NCBI GenBank assembly: GCA_027622715.1
Contig: JAQBYN010000015.1
Coordinates: 11,745 to 75,744, forward strand
DNA length: 64,000 nucleotides
Direction of reading: 5' to 3'
From: Pseudomonadota bacterium
GTDB taxonomy: Bacteria > Pseudomonadota > Alphaproteobacteria > SHVP01
A model generated the notes under the pieces. The model was not told where the DNA came from. It was given only the letters and a program-made list of their open reading frames with translations, and did no database searches. The translations under genes and the position numbers were made by a program. Shown here one piece after another: positions 51,005 through 61,268 of this stretch (position 1 is the stretch's first letter; each line of letters starts with the position of its first letter).

Positions 51005-51038
51005 GGGGGGCTGGCCCATCCGGTCCGCCCCCCTTTTT
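51005..51038 (+). terminator. Hairpin/terminator after dctP (partial termination or stabiliser)
   Basis: GGGGGGC...GCCCCCC stem followed by TTTTT. Confidence 0.65.
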
Positions 51039-51051
51039 CGTTGCAACGAAC

Positions 51052-51588
51052 TTGATCGCACGTTTCGTTAAGATCGCCGACGCCATCTCATTTGCGACTG
51101 CGGTCGTCGCGATGGCGATGATCCTCGGCCTGGTGGCATCTATGCTCTACGAGGTTGCCGCGCGCTACATCTTTAACGCCCCGACGATCTGGGCGTATGA
51201 CGTGTCCTACATGCTCAACGGTGCGCTGTTCATCCTGGCGGCAGGCCTGACGCTCACCAAGAACAACCATGTGCGAATAGACTTTCTGTCCTCGCGGTTG
51301 AAACCGCCGACCCAGCATTTGATCAATGCGATCTTCTACTTGGTTCTGTTTCTGCCGGCGCTCGGCTTCGTGACACGGTCGAGCATCATCGCTGCGTGGA
51401 GCGCACTAATGACAGGTGAGGTTGAGGCAATTAGCCCTTGGGCTCCGGTCATCTGGCCTTTCAATGCGGCGATCGCCATTGGCCTCGCCGCGTTATGGCT
51501 CCAGGCGGCGGCCGAGACTCTGCGCCATATTCTGGGTGCCAGAGACGCGAGCGCCGCCCGCGCGCCCGGCGTTTCTCTGCCGCATTAG
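51052..51588 (+). CDS. TRAP transporter small permease DctQ
   Basis: YEV.ARY.FNAPT.WA, HVRID, 4 TM; TTG start. Confidence 0.9.
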   Translation: MIARFVKIADAISFATAVVAMAMILGLVASMLYEVAARYIFNAPTIWAYDVSYMLNGALFILAAGLTLTKNNHVRIDFLSSRLKPPTQHLINAIFYLVLFLPALGFVTRSSIIAAWSALMTGEVEAISPWAPVIWPFNAAIAIGLAALWLQAAAETLRHILGARDASAARAPGVSLPH

Positions 51589-51596
51589 ATTCGTTC

Positions 51597-52919
51597 ATGG
51601 ATTCCAGCTTCCTGTCCGCCCTGATGTTCCCGGCGCTTTTCGCGCTGATCTTCCTCGGCATTCCTGTGGCCTTCGCGCTAATCAGCGTGGCATTTGTGTT
51701 CGGGTTTGTCGCGTTTGGCGACACGATCGGCCAGGTCCTTTACGGTCGTGCAATGGGCGTCGCCGCCAGCTCCGTTCTTGCGGCGATCCCTCTGTTTATC
51801 TTCATGGGATCGATGCTGGAGCGCACGTCAATCGCCAAACGATTGTTCGAAGCGATGCAGCTATGGTTGGGTCGTATGCCGGGCGGTCTCGCGGTGGCGA
51901 CCATCACCATGTGCGGTGTCTTCGCGGCGGCGACCGGGATTATCGGCGCCGTCGAAACGGTCATCGGGATGATGGCGATCCCACCGATGCTGAAACACGG
52001 ATACGACAAAGGATTGATTTCGGGCACGATTTGCGCGGGTGGGTCGCTCGGCACGATCATTCCGCCGTCGGTCACTGTCATCATCTATGCGTCGATCGCC
52101 GAACTTTCCATCGGTGATCTGTTTGTTGGAATCATCATTCCCGGTCTGCTGATGATTCTCTTCTTCGTTGGCTACATCTTCATCCTTGGAATCATAAGAC
52201 CCGACCGCGCGCCAAAACTTCCTCGCGAACTTGTCTCGGTGCCTTTGGGCCAAAAACTCAAGGTCACCGCCACAGGATTGCTCCCCGCAACAATTCTGAT
52301 CGGCGCCGTCTTGGGATCGATCATCTTTGGTGTCGCCTCGCCGACGGAAGCGGCGGCGGTCGGCGCTGGCGGCGCGCTGGTGCTGTCGCTCGTTTACCGT
52401 GAGTTTTCCTGGACAGTCCTCTATGAGGTCGCCCGAAAATCTGTCTCTATCAGCGCGATGGTGATGCTGATCGTGGTCGGCGGCGGCATGTTTTCAGGTG
52501 TGTTCCTCGTCAACGGCGGCCGCGACTTGGTCGCCGGTGCAGTCGAGATATTGAATTTGCCACCGGCCGGGCTCGTCGCGGTCTTTTTGCTGATCGTGTT
52601 CCTTTTTGGCTTTGTGCTCGATTGGATCACCATTGTGTTGATCGCGTTGCCAATCTTCTTGGCGCCGCTCAAAGCAGCGGGTGTCGATCAAGTATGGTTC
52701 GCCGTCTTGATGATCGTCGTCATCCAGACCAGCTATATGACGCCCCCGATGGCGCCGGCGATCTTCTATTTGCGCTCGATCGCACCCAAGGAAATCACCT
52801 ATGGCCACATGTACCGCGGGGTGATGCCCTTCGTGGTCGCCGAACTGTTGGTTCTGGCGGTGGTCGCGCTCTTTCCCTGGACCGCGACGTATCTGCCGAC
52901 GGTTCTGCTGGGGTTCTAG
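51597..52919 (+). CDS. TRAP transporter large permease DctM
   Basis: GIPVAF, AIPLF, GSLGTIIPPS, SPTEAA, TPP. Confidence 0.93.
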   Translation: MDSSFLSALMFPALFALIFLGIPVAFALISVAFVFGFVAFGDTIGQVLYGRAMGVAASSVLAAIPLFIFMGSMLERTSIAKRLFEAMQLWLGRMPGGLAVATITMCGVFAAATGIIGAVETVIGMMAIPPMLKHGYDKGLISGTICAGGSLGTIIPPSVTVIIYASIAELSIGDLFVGIIIPGLLMILFFVGYIFILGIIRPDRAPKLPRELVSVPLGQKLKVTATGLLPATILIGAVLGSIIFGVASPTEAAAVGAGGALVLSLVYREFSWTVLYEVARKSVSISAMVMLIVVGGGMFSGVFLVNGGRDLVAGAVEILNLPPAGLVAVFLLIVFLFGFVLDWITIVLIALPIFLAPLKAAGVDQVWFAVLMIVVIQTSYMTPPMAPAIFYLRSIAPKEITYGHMYRGVMPFVVAELLVLAVVALFPWTATYLPTVLLGF

Positions 52920-53767
52920 CCGGCGACAAACTCTAGAATCACGCCGCATGCATCCTCCGGGGCCACACGGATCATGTCGTTCAGGCTTTCATGCGTGGCG
53001 CCCGCCGACACAAGACAGGCTTCGGCCGCCGCCAGGTTGTCGGTTTCCAGCGTTAGGATCGCGATCGCCGGCGGCGGGTGGCTAATAGCGGCCGCATATC
53101 CGACGTAGTCCTCAGCCAAACTGGCCGCGGTAAGGAAACGAAAATCGCCGTGGCCGGTGAAGATTTCGAAACCGCCGGCGATTGGCCGCGCAGCGGCACC
53201 AAAAAGGCGCTCGTAATGCGCGCGCAAAGCCGTGGGCTCATTGACCGCAATCGTCATGGATCGAATGCGCCGCGCGCCGTTGGCGTGGGTGACCCAAGCG
53301 GGGCGCCGCATGTTTTGCGGCGTCAGCGGTTGCACCAGCATCAGGTACATGTCCGGCGTTGCCGCCTCGCCGATCTTGAGCCAGCGAAACGACTGCGGCA
53401 CCACGCCGTCGGGCGCCTCGCAGTTGATCGTCACCTCGTTCAGGGGCGTCGGATCGGCGCCTAGGCGGCTTAGGGCGTCGTGGGCAGCGGCGACATCGTT
53501 GGCCCGTAGTGTGACGGCCATCGCGCCTTCACCACCGGCCAGAAAATCCGCAAGCCCAGGGGTTAGAAAAGCCGCGGGATCGACAACACCCAGGAGTTCG
53601 ATGAAGTCTTTGTCGTCGAACATGACGCTGTGATTGGCGGTGCCCCAGCCGACCATGCGCCGGCGGGGTGTCGTCGTGAAGCCGAGGCGTTCGAACTGCG
53701 TCTTGGCGTGTGCGAGGTCGGCGACCGCGACGACCGCATGATCGATCCCGTCTATACCATTGGCCAT
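52916..53767 (-). CDS. VOC (glyoxalase-like) family protein
   Basis: GIDHAVVAVADL, LGF, GTAN, FIEL, HANGA, C-terminal LEF. Confidence 0.85.
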   Translation of the reverse strand: MANGIDGIDHAVVAVADLAHAKTQFERLGFTTTPRRRMVGWGTANHSVMFDDKDFIELLGVVDPAAFLTPGLADFLAGGEGAMAVTLRANDVAAAHDALSRLGADPTPLNEVTINCEAPDGVVPQSFRWLKIGEAATPDMYLMLVQPLTPQNMRRPAWVTHANGARRIRSMTIAVNEPTALRAHYERLFGAAARPIAGGFEIFTGHGDFRFLTAASLAEDYVGYAAAISHPPPAIAILTLETDNLAAAEACLVSAGATHESLNDMIRVAPEDACGVILEFVAG

Positions 53768-53815
53768 CGCGCGATCCCCTGCTCCACTCAGTCGCCACGG
53801 TAAATCATATCGCGA

Positions 53816-55873
53816 CTAGCGTAGCGCCGCCGCGATGTTGCCGCCGTCCACCGTCATCACCGCGCCCGTTGATTTGCGCGCGAGGGCAAGATCGACAAAG
53901 GCCTGGGCGACGTCTGCCGCCTTGACCTCGCGGTTCAGGAGGTTGCCCGAGCGCAAATATTGTTCCGGGGTCAAGCCGCGCGCCTTGGCGCGCTGTTCCA
54001 AAAGGCCGTCGGCGAAGATCCCGGTATTGACCCGGTCGGCGTTGACCGCGCCGGTGCGAATTCCGGCACTGCCGTAATCCAAAGCGTATTGGCGCATGAG
54101 AAACAGCGTCGCCGCTTTCGGCAGGCCGTAGGGGCCGAAATCAGGCCCTGGATTGACTGCCTGTTTGGACGTGTTGAACAGCAAGCAGCCGCCGGTGCCT
54201 TGCGCCAGCATGATCCGCACGGCCTCTTTGGCGACCGATTGATGGGCAAAGAAGTTGAGCTCGAACGAGGCGCGCAAGTCGGCGTCATCGACCTCGCCAA
54301 TCCGGCCCTGCCAAGCTGCCCCGGCGTTGGAAACGACAATATCGATACCGCCGAAAGCGCGGCAGACCTGGGCCAGGGCTTCGGTGACGTGGGCCGGATT
54401 GGTGACATCACACTCAATGCCGATCGCCGCGCCGCCGATCTCGCCCGCGGCCCGGCGCGCACCGGCATCGTCACGGTCGAGGAGCGCGACCTCCGCCCCC
54501 CGCGCGGCCATTGCTCGCGCGGTAGCGGCGCCGATGCCGCTGGCCGCCCCGGTGACCACGGCGATCTGGCGGGCCAACGGTTGCTCGGCGCCCTTGCCCA
54601 GCTTGGCTTGTTCGAGCGACCAGTACTCGACATCGAATAGATCGGCCTCCGACACCGGCAGGAAGGTGCCGATGGCTTCGGCATCGGTGACGACGTCGAT
54701 CATATTTTCGCTAATGTCGGCGGCGATGGCGGCATCCTTGGCAGACTTGCCCATCCCAAAGATGCCGAGGCCGGGGACCAGCGCCACCCGCGGCATTGGG
54801 TCGAGTTCGGTTTTCTCAGGCCCGCGCTTCCCGTTGTGCCGGGCGAAATAGGCGTGGTAGTCGTCGACAAAGCGCGCCACGGCCGCCTGCGCCCCGTCGC
54901 GAAAGACCGTGACGTCGTCAGCCGCCGGCAGAACCACCGGCCAATTCTTGGTGCGGATGGTGTGGTCTGGGGTCACCACGCCTTGCTGGGCGTAACGCGC
55001 GACCTCGGCACCGCCGACAAAATTAAGGATCGCCTCCGATGTCCGGAAGGCCAGTACCTGGCGCTGCCATATGCCGTCATTGTCATCGACGCATTGCGCA
55101 ACCAAACCCCGAACCACCGGCGCCACCTGCGCCACGGTCAGCCCCTTCTTGGGGAGGGTTGCGGCAGAGAACGTTCGGGTTGTCGCCTTGGCCAGGCGTT
55201 TCTCGGCCAGCGTCACGAGCACGATCATGCGCGCGTAGGCCTCTTGTGCCGTGGCACCAAAGCTGAAAATGCCGTGTTTGAGCAGGATCAGACCTTCGAC
55301 GTCGGGATGGTCCGCCTGTACTTCGGCGGCGAGCTTGGCGAGGCCAAAGCCCGGCATGACGTAGGGCACCAAGGCCGCACGCTCGCCGTAAACCTCAGCG
55401 CAGATCGCCTCGCCGTCGGGCTGATCGGTCAGCGCAAGGACGGCAGTTGAGTGGGTATGGTCGATGAACTTGTGCGGCAGAAATGCATGCAACAGCGTTT
55501 CGACCGACGGATTGGGCGAGGCCGGATCGATTAGCGCGGTGCGCTGGATCGCCACCATGTCTTCGTCGCTCAGCGTGTCGAGGCTTCGCAGGCGGCGCAG
55601 TACGTCCATGCGGACCGCCGGAAGCCCGGCGGGCTCGATGTTGCCCATGTCCCATCCCGAGCCCTTCACGCACAGCACCTCGGCGCTGTCGCCTAATTTA
55701 TCGACCGCCGTGGTCTTGACCGATGTATTGCCCCCACCGTGCAGCACGAGGCGTGGGTCGCTGCCCAGTAGCCGGGTGGTATAGACGCGCACGGCAACAT
55801 CTTCGCCGATGCCCTGGGCGGCGTAGCGGGCGACATAGTCCCGGGCTTCGGCGGGCTTCCAGCGTGAGTCCAT
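53816..55873 (-). CDS. Bifunctional class II aldolase / short-chain dehydrogenase (RhaEW/YuxG-like fusion)
   Basis: N-terminal GGGNTS, PSVE, HTH, LLKHG (Zn aldolase); C-terminal TGAASGIG, NAG, YGLPK (SDR). Confidence 0.9.
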   Translation of the reverse strand: MDSRWKPAEARDYVARYAAQGIGEDVAVRVYTTRLLGSDPRLVLHGGGNTSVKTTAVDKLGDSAEVLCVKGSGWDMGNIEPAGLPAVRMDVLRRLRSLDTLSDEDMVAIQRTALIDPASPNPSVETLLHAFLPHKFIDHTHSTAVLALTDQPDGEAICAEVYGERAALVPYVMPGFGLAKLAAEVQADHPDVEGLILLKHGIFSFGATAQEAYARMIVLVTLAEKRLAKATTRTFSAATLPKKGLTVAQVAPVVRGLVAQCVDDNDGIWQRQVLAFRTSEAILNFVGGAEVARYAQQGVVTPDHTIRTKNWPVVLPAADDVTVFRDGAQAAVARFVDDYHAYFARHNGKRGPEKTELDPMPRVALVPGLGIFGMGKSAKDAAIAADISENMIDVVTDAEAIGTFLPVSEADLFDVEYWSLEQAKLGKGAEQPLARQIAVVTGAASGIGAATARAMAARGAEVALLDRDDAGARRAAGEIGGAAIGIECDVTNPAHVTEALAQVCRAFGGIDIVVSNAGAAWQGRIGEVDDADLRASFELNFFAHQSVAKEAVRIMLAQGTGGCLLFNTSKQAVNPGPDFGPYGLPKAATLFLMRQYALDYGSAGIRTGAVNADRVNTGIFADGLLEQRAKARGLTPEQYLRSGNLLNREVKAADVAQAFVDLALARKSTGAVMTVDGGNIAAALR

Positions 55874-55950
55874 GGCGAGGGCGCGATCCTGGTTAGCGTT
55901 TCAGTCGAGAGTTAGCGGCTTTTAGCAGCGTCGAGCAACGGCCCACGGCC

Positions 55951-57051
55951 TCAAGCCCGTTCAGGATACAGGGTGAGCAGACCGGCTTCGCTGGCGGCGC
56001 ACGTTCCGCGGTCGGTAATCAGTCCGGTAACAAGGCGGGCCGGCGTGACATCGAACGCATAATTGGCAGCCGGCGCGCCTTCGGGACCAATTCGGACGGT
56101 TTGAATCGATCCGTCGGCGGCTTGCCCGGTCATCAGCGTTACTTCGCTGGCATCGCGCTGTTCGATCGGAATATCGCGGCCTGAGGATAACTCCCAGTCG
56201 ATGGTCGGCGACGGCAACGCGACATAGAACGGCACGTCGTTGTCGAATGCGGCGAGAGCCTTGAGATAGGTGCCAATTTTATTGGCGACATCGCCGCTGC
56301 GCGTCGTGCGGTCGGTGCCGGTAATACACAGATCGACCTGGCCGGCTTGCATCAAATGACCACCCGTATTGTCGGCGATCAACGTGTATGGCACGCCGTG
56401 TTCTTGCAGTTCCCACGCCGTCAGCGCGGCGCCCTGATTGCGCGGCCGCGTTTCGTCGACCCACACATGCAGCGGTACGCCTTCGTCGTGGGCCACGTAG
56501 ATTGCCGACAACGCGGTGCCCCAATCCACTGTTGCCAGCCAGCCCGCGTTGCAGTGGGTCAAGATGTTGACCGGTTCGGCTGGCGACCCGTCTTTTTTCT
56601 CGTGCCACAGGCGCACGATGTGTTCGGCGCCATGTTCGCCGATGGCACGGTTGATATTGGCATCGTCATCGCAGATTTCGACCGCCCGGCGATAGGCCGC
56701 CGCAACGCGGCGCTCGGGGGGCGTGTTGGCGAGAACAGACCGCAGATCATCCAGCGCCCAGCGCAGATTGACCGCAGTCGGTCGGGTCGCCAGCAGGCGA
56801 TCATACGCCACCGCGATCCCTGCATCGGACGGATCTGCTCGCATCGCCAACGCCATGCCGTACGCCGCCGTGGCGCCAATGAGTGGTGCACCGCGGACTT
56901 GCATGGTGGTAATGGCCGCCGCCGCCGCATCGACGGTGCGCAACGAACGAACGACGAACGCGTGCGGCAGCTGCGTCTGGTCGATGATATCGACGCTCCA
57001 GCCGTCCGTGTTGAGCCAGATTGAACGGTAGTGGGTGCCGCCGACCTTCAT
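55951..57051 (-). CDS. mtnA: S-methyl-5-thioribose-1-phosphate isomerase
   Basis: DQTQLP, MQVRGAP, RPTAVNL, THCNAG, DETRP, GTDR, NKIGTY, FDVTP. Confidence 0.96.
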   Translation of the reverse strand: MKVGGTHYRSIWLNTDGWSVDIIDQTQLPHAFVVRSLRTVDAAAAAITTMQVRGAPLIGATAAYGMALAMRADPSDAGIAVAYDRLLATRPTAVNLRWALDDLRSVLANTPPERRVAAAYRRAVEICDDDANINRAIGEHGAEHIVRLWHEKKDGSPAEPVNILTHCNAGWLATVDWGTALSAIYVAHDEGVPLHVWVDETRPRNQGAALTAWELQEHGVPYTLIADNTGGHLMQAGQVDLCITGTDRTTRSGDVANKIGTYLKALAAFDNDVPFYVALPSPTIDWELSSGRDIPIEQRDASEVTLMTGQAADGSIQTVRIGPEGAPAANYAFDVTPARLVTGLITDRGTCAASEAGLLTLYPERA

Positions 57052-57069
57052 GATGATTAGGGCCGCGAC

Positions 57070-57597
57070 CTAGTCGCCGTCGAAGGCGCACAGGAAATGG
57101 ACGGTGTGGCCTGAATCGCGGATTCGTTGCGCCCCGCCAAGGTCGGGCAAATCCACGACAAACGCGCAGGACACGATATCGCCACCGATCGCTTCGATTA
57201 GCGCGATTGCCGCCATCGCGGTGCCGCCGGTGGCGATTAGATCGTCGACCAGAAGCACCTTTTCACCCTCGAGAATGGCGTCATCGTGGACCTCGACCCG
57301 GTCGGTGCCGTATTCGAGCTGGTAGTCACGGCCGATGGTTTTGCCGGGCAATTTGCCCTTCTTGCGGATCGGCACGAAGCCGGCCTCAAGTTTCTCGGCG
57401 ACGGCCCCACCCAAAATAAACCCGCGCGCCTCGATGGCCGCGACCTTATCGATCCGTTGCCCAGCATATGGCTGGATCAAACCCTCAATTGTCAGCCGAA
57501 ACCCGACTGGATCCTGCAGCAGGGTCGTGATGTCGCGAAACATGATCCCCGGTTTTGGATAGTCCGGAATGGTCCGAATGCGTGATTTGATCGGCAT
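57070..57597 (-). CDS. apt: Adenine phosphoribosyltransferase
   Basis: [39 protein letters not shown]. Confidence 0.97.
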   Translation of the reverse strand: MPIKSRIRTIPDYPKPGIMFRDITTLLQDPVGFRLTIEGLIQPYAGQRIDKVAAIEARGFILGGAVAEKLEAGFVPIRKKGKLPGKTIGRDYQLEYGTDRVEVHDDAILEGEKVLLVDDLIATGGTAMAAIALIEAIGGDIVSCAFVVDLPDLGGAQRIRDSGHTVHFLCAFDGD

Positions 57598-57598
57598 G

Positions 57599-58492
57599 TT
57601 ATTGCGTCCTTAATACTCGCCCAGCGACGGCGTCCAGCTTGGCCAGCAGTGCAGGATCGCGGGCCTCGGGGGCGGTGATCATCGCCGAGTCCAATGCCCG
57701 GTCGCAGCCATGCGTGCAGGTTGCAAGACGGGCCGCGGCGACACCGGGGACCACGCTCTTGACCAGAGCGCGGGCATTGTCGGCGTTTTGGGACAGAACT
57801 TTAATAATGTCAGCGACCTCGACATCGTCGTGGTGCGGATGCCAGCAATCGAAATCGGTCACCATCGCGACCGTCGCGTAACACATCTCAGCTTCGCGGG
57901 CGAGTTTGGCCTCAGGCATGTTGGTCATGCCGATCACGTCGCAGCCCCATGAGCGGTACAGTTCAGACTCGGCGCGGGTCGAAAACTGCGGCCCTTCCAT
58001 GCACAAGTAGGTGCCGTTGCGCACGACCTTGAGATTTAGGTCGAACGCTGCCGCCTGGAGCGCGTCGCCGAGGCGAGCGCACACCGGGTTCGCCATCGAG
58101 ACGTGGGCAACCATGCCTTTGCCAAAGAAGCTTTTTTCACGCGCAAAGGTGCGGTCGATGAACTGATCGACGATGACAAAAGTACCGGGCTCAAAGTGTT
58201 CGCGGAACGATCCCACCGCCGACAGTGAAATGATATCCGTCACGCCAGCGCGTTTGAGAATATCGATGTTGGCGCGGTAATTGATGTCTGACGGGGCGTG
58301 GACATGGCCACGGCCATGGCGCGGCAGGAAAACCACCCGGACCCCGTCGAGCGATCCCGTAAATACAGCATCCGATGGCGCGCCCCAGGGCGATTCGATT
58401 TCAATCCATTGGGTATCGGTTAGCCCAGCGATTTCGTAGAGACCCGAACCGCCGAGGATACCGACTACCGGTTTAGTGTGCTGTTCGTTCAT
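57599..58492 (-). CDS. mtnP: S-methyl-5'-thioadenosine phosphorylase
   Basis: [40 protein letters not shown]. Confidence 0.95.
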   Translation of the reverse strand: MNEQHTKPVVGILGGSGLYEIAGLTDTQWIEIESPWGAPSDAVFTGSLDGVRVVFLPRHGRGHVHAPSDINYRANIDILKRAGVTDIISLSAVGSFREHFEPGTFVIVDQFIDRTFAREKSFFGKGMVAHVSMANPVCARLGDALQAAAFDLNLKVVRNGTYLCMEGPQFSTRAESELYRSWGCDVIGMTNMPEAKLAREAEMCYATVAMVTDFDCWHPHHDDVEVADIIKVLSQNADNARALVKSVVPGVAAARLATCTHGCDRALDSAMITAPEARDPALLAKLDAVAGRVLRTQ

Positions 58493-58566
58493 GGGATTCA
58501 CCAGATCGCAGGATGGTTCGCCCACTGTAATTCATTCCAGGATCGAACCCGAAACGCCGCCAAAGA

Positions 58567-58588
58567 AGAGGCCGCAAAAGCGGCCTCT
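58567..58588 (-). terminator. Hairpin after petC (terminator candidate, weak U tract)
   Basis: AGAGGCCGC-AAAA-GCGGCCTCT. Confidence 0.6.
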
Positions 58589-58610
58589 CTTCGCGTTGCT
58601 GCGTGCGATT

Positions 58611-59387
58611 CTAGTGGTCCAGCTTGCGCCAAACCCGTTGTTTGACGATGAGGAACAGCCCGGTCAGCAGGATCAAATAGACCATCACCTGAAAGCCGAT
58701 TTGGTGCCGGCGCTCCAGCTCCGGGTTCGCGGCCCAATGGAGAAACGTGGTGACATCTTCGGCCATCTGTTCGACCGACGCCTCGGTACCGTCGGCATAT
58801 TCAACCATGCCTTCGCTGAGCGGCGCCGGCATCGCAACCTGATGGCCCGGGAAATACACGTTGTAGTTCATGCCGGGACCCATGGTCATGTCGGCGGGCG
58901 CATCTTCATACCCCACCATCAACGCGCGGATGTAATCCGGCCCATGCTCGCGGGCCTTGGTGATCAGCGAAAGATCCGGCGGCAATGCGCCGCTGTTGGC
59001 CGCCCGCGCCGCTTGTGGGTTCTGATACGGCGCCGGGAAAATGTCGGAAAGCGCCGCCTTCCGTGTTGTCGGATCGCCAAATTCGTCGGGCTCGCCGGCA
59101 ACTTCATACTCCTCGGCAAGTGCTTTCGCCTCGCCCTCGGTGAACCCGATATCAACCAAGTTGCGGAATGCGACGTACTTCATGGCGTGACACGAGGCAC
59201 AGACGTCTTTGTAGACCTTGTAACCGCGTTGCAATGCGGCCCGGTCGAACGTGCCGAAAAGGCCGTTGAATGACCAGTCTTGGGCGGGCGGCAGCGCCTC
59301 GGCCTCAGCGGCGCTCACTTGGTTTGCGCCGGTGGCCAGGATTAGGCTGACCGCCGCCGCTGTCAGAATCCCACGCAACTTAGTCAT
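58611..59387 (-). CDS. petC: Cytochrome c1
   Basis: Signal peptide, LQRG, CASCH, PPDLSL, AMP, C-terminal TM. Confidence 0.96.
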   Translation of the reverse strand: MTKLRGILTAAAVSLILATGANQVSAAEAEALPPAQDWSFNGLFGTFDRAALQRGYKVYKDVCASCHAMKYVAFRNLVDIGFTEGEAKALAEEYEVAGEPDEFGDPTTRKAALSDIFPAPYQNPQAARAANSGALPPDLSLITKAREHGPDYIRALMVGYEDAPADMTMGPGMNYNVYFPGHQVAMPAPLSEGMVEYADGTEASVEQMAEDVTTFLHWAANPELERRHQIGFQVMVYLILLTGLFLIVKQRVWRKLDH

Positions 59388-60634
59388 TCTGCGGCCTCCG
59401 CCACGGCCGCGCCGCTTTTGAGCACGGGTTTGCTAATACTTTCCGGCAACGGTCTGGGTCGTTCGAACCATCCCACGAACGGCAGGATGATCACAAAATG
59501 GGCAAAGTAGTAGGCGGTCGCCAAGCGGCCGATCAACAGAGACGCGCCCTCCGGATGCTGCGCCCCGACCCATCCGAGGATGATGACATCGAGCACGAAG
59601 ATCCAGAAAAAGTAGCGATAGGTCGGCCGGAACCGAGCGGACCGTACCCGTGACGTATCGAGCCATGGCAGCAGGAACAGGATGGCAATTGACGCCCCAA
59701 ACATGACGACCCCACCGAGCTTATCGGGAATCGACCGCAAGATCGCGTAGAACGGCAAGAAGTACCATTCAGGCACGATGTTTGCCGGCGTTTGCAACGG
59801 ATCGGCCGGTTTGAAGTTGTCGGGATGCGACAGGAAGTTTGGTTCGTAAAACACCAAAAAGGCGAGGACGATGAAGGATAGGCCAATCACCGACATGTAC
59901 TTGGAGGTGTAATACGGATGGTACGGAATGGTGTCTTGCTTGCTGCGGGTCGAAATCCCAACGGGATTTGACGATCCATGAACGTGCAACGCCCAGACAT
60001 GGAGGAGCGAGATCCCGAAAATCACGAACGGCAACAAATAATGCAAGCTGTAGAAACGTTGTAGCGTCGGGCTATCGACGGCAAACCCGCCCCACAGCCA
60101 CGTGGTGATTCCGTTGCCAACCAACGGGATCGCCGAGAATAGGTTGGTGATCACCGTGGCCGCCCAAAAGCTCATTTGGCCCCACGGCAGGACGTAACCC
60201 ATAAACGCCGTCGCCATCATGACGACAAAAATGACCACGCCAATGATCCACAATAATTCCCGTGGCGCCTTGTACGAGCCGTAGTACATGCCGCGCAAAA
60301 TGTGCAGATAAACCGCGGCGAAAAACAGCGAGGCGCCGTTGGCGTGGACGTAGCGCAACAGCCAACCGTAATTGACGTTGCGCATGATTTGCTCGACCGA
60401 ATCGAAAGCCATTGCCCCGTTCGGAATGTAATGCATCGCCAGGAAGATGCCCGTGGCGATCTGAATGATCAGCGCGAGAAACAGAACCGATCCGAGCGAC
60501 CACCAATAGTTGAGGTTCTTCGGCGTCGGCATGTCGCGACCGATCGTCGCTTCCACCGCACTGAAAATGGGCATGCGATATTCGACCCATCGAATCAGGC
60601 GGTTGTTGTACTGGCGTGCAGGTCCTCCGGCCAT
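59384..60634 (-). CDS. petB: Cytochrome b
   Basis: Four heme His ([31 protein letters not shown]), [16 protein letters not shown]. Confidence 0.98.
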   Translation of the reverse strand: MAGGPARQYNNRLIRWVEYRMPIFSAVEATIGRDMPTPKNLNYWWSLGSVLFLALIIQIATGIFLAMHYIPNGAMAFDSVEQIMRNVNYGWLLRYVHANGASLFFAAVYLHILRGMYYGSYKAPRELLWIIGVVIFVVMMATAFMGYVLPWGQMSFWAATVITNLFSAIPLVGNGITTWLWGGFAVDSPTLQRFYSLHYLLPFVIFGISLLHVWALHVHGSSNPVGISTRSKQDTIPYHPYYTSKYMSVIGLSFIVLAFLVFYEPNFLSHPDNFKPADPLQTPANIVPEWYFLPFYAILRSIPDKLGGVVMFGASIAILFLLPWLDTSRVRSARFRPTYRYFFWIFVLDVIILGWVGAQHPEGASLLIGRLATAYYFAHFVIILPFVGWFERPRPLPESISKPVLKSGAAVAEAAE

Positions 60635-60644
60635 CTAACGTCCC

Positions 60645-61187
60645 CTACCCGAGTTGGATTGTTGTATCGCTGATGAACGAATAGGGCGGCACATCGAGAT
60701 TCTTTGGTGCCGGGCCTTTGCGAATGCGCCCCGAGGTATCGTAGTGCGATCCATGACAGGGGCAGAACCAACCGCCGAAATCACCAAGACGCTCGCCGAC
60801 GCGCTGCCCCTGAGGAATGCACCCCAGATGAGTGCAGATTCCGATCAACACAAGCCATTCTTTGCGCTGGACCCGGTCGGCATCGGCTTGTGGATCCTTT
60901 AGATCCCCGAGCGCAACACCCTCCGCCTCCTCAATTTTTGCCGGCGCGCGATGGTCGATAAAGACCGGTTTCTTGCGCCATAATACAGTGATCCGCTGAC
61001 CCTCCTCGATCGGCGTGAGATCAACCTCCGCGGTCGCCTCCGCCAACACGTCGCGAGACGGGTTCATTGAATTCACAAAGGGCCAAACTGCCAAGCCAGC
61101 GCCTACCGCCGATGCCGAAATTGCGGCAACGAAGATGAAGTCGCGGCGGGGTCCCTCTTCGCCCGGGTGCGGGGCCGTCGTCGCCAT
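60645..61187 (-). CDS. petA: Rieske iron-sulfur subunit
   Basis: RRDF Tat motif, CTHLGC and CPCHGSHY. Confidence 0.98.
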   Translation of the reverse strand: MATTAPHPGEEGPRRDFIFVAAISASAVGAGLAVWPFVNSMNPSRDVLAEATAEVDLTPIEEGQRITVLWRKKPVFIDHRAPAKIEEAEGVALGDLKDPQADADRVQRKEWLVLIGICTHLGCIPQGQRVGERLGDFGGWFCPCHGSHYDTSGRIRKGPAPKNLDVPPYSFISDTTIQLG

Positions 61188-61268
61188 GTACCAACCTCGT
61201 TAAAACCAAGGATTTGTGCGCGCCTTTATTCCATCAATTCCAAATAAAGTCCACAATCAGCGGCGAGG

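Noticed and set aside
53816..55873. Rhamnose utilisation locus
   Set aside because: No rhamnose isomerase, kinase, mutarotase, transporter or regulator nearby; the context is mtn.
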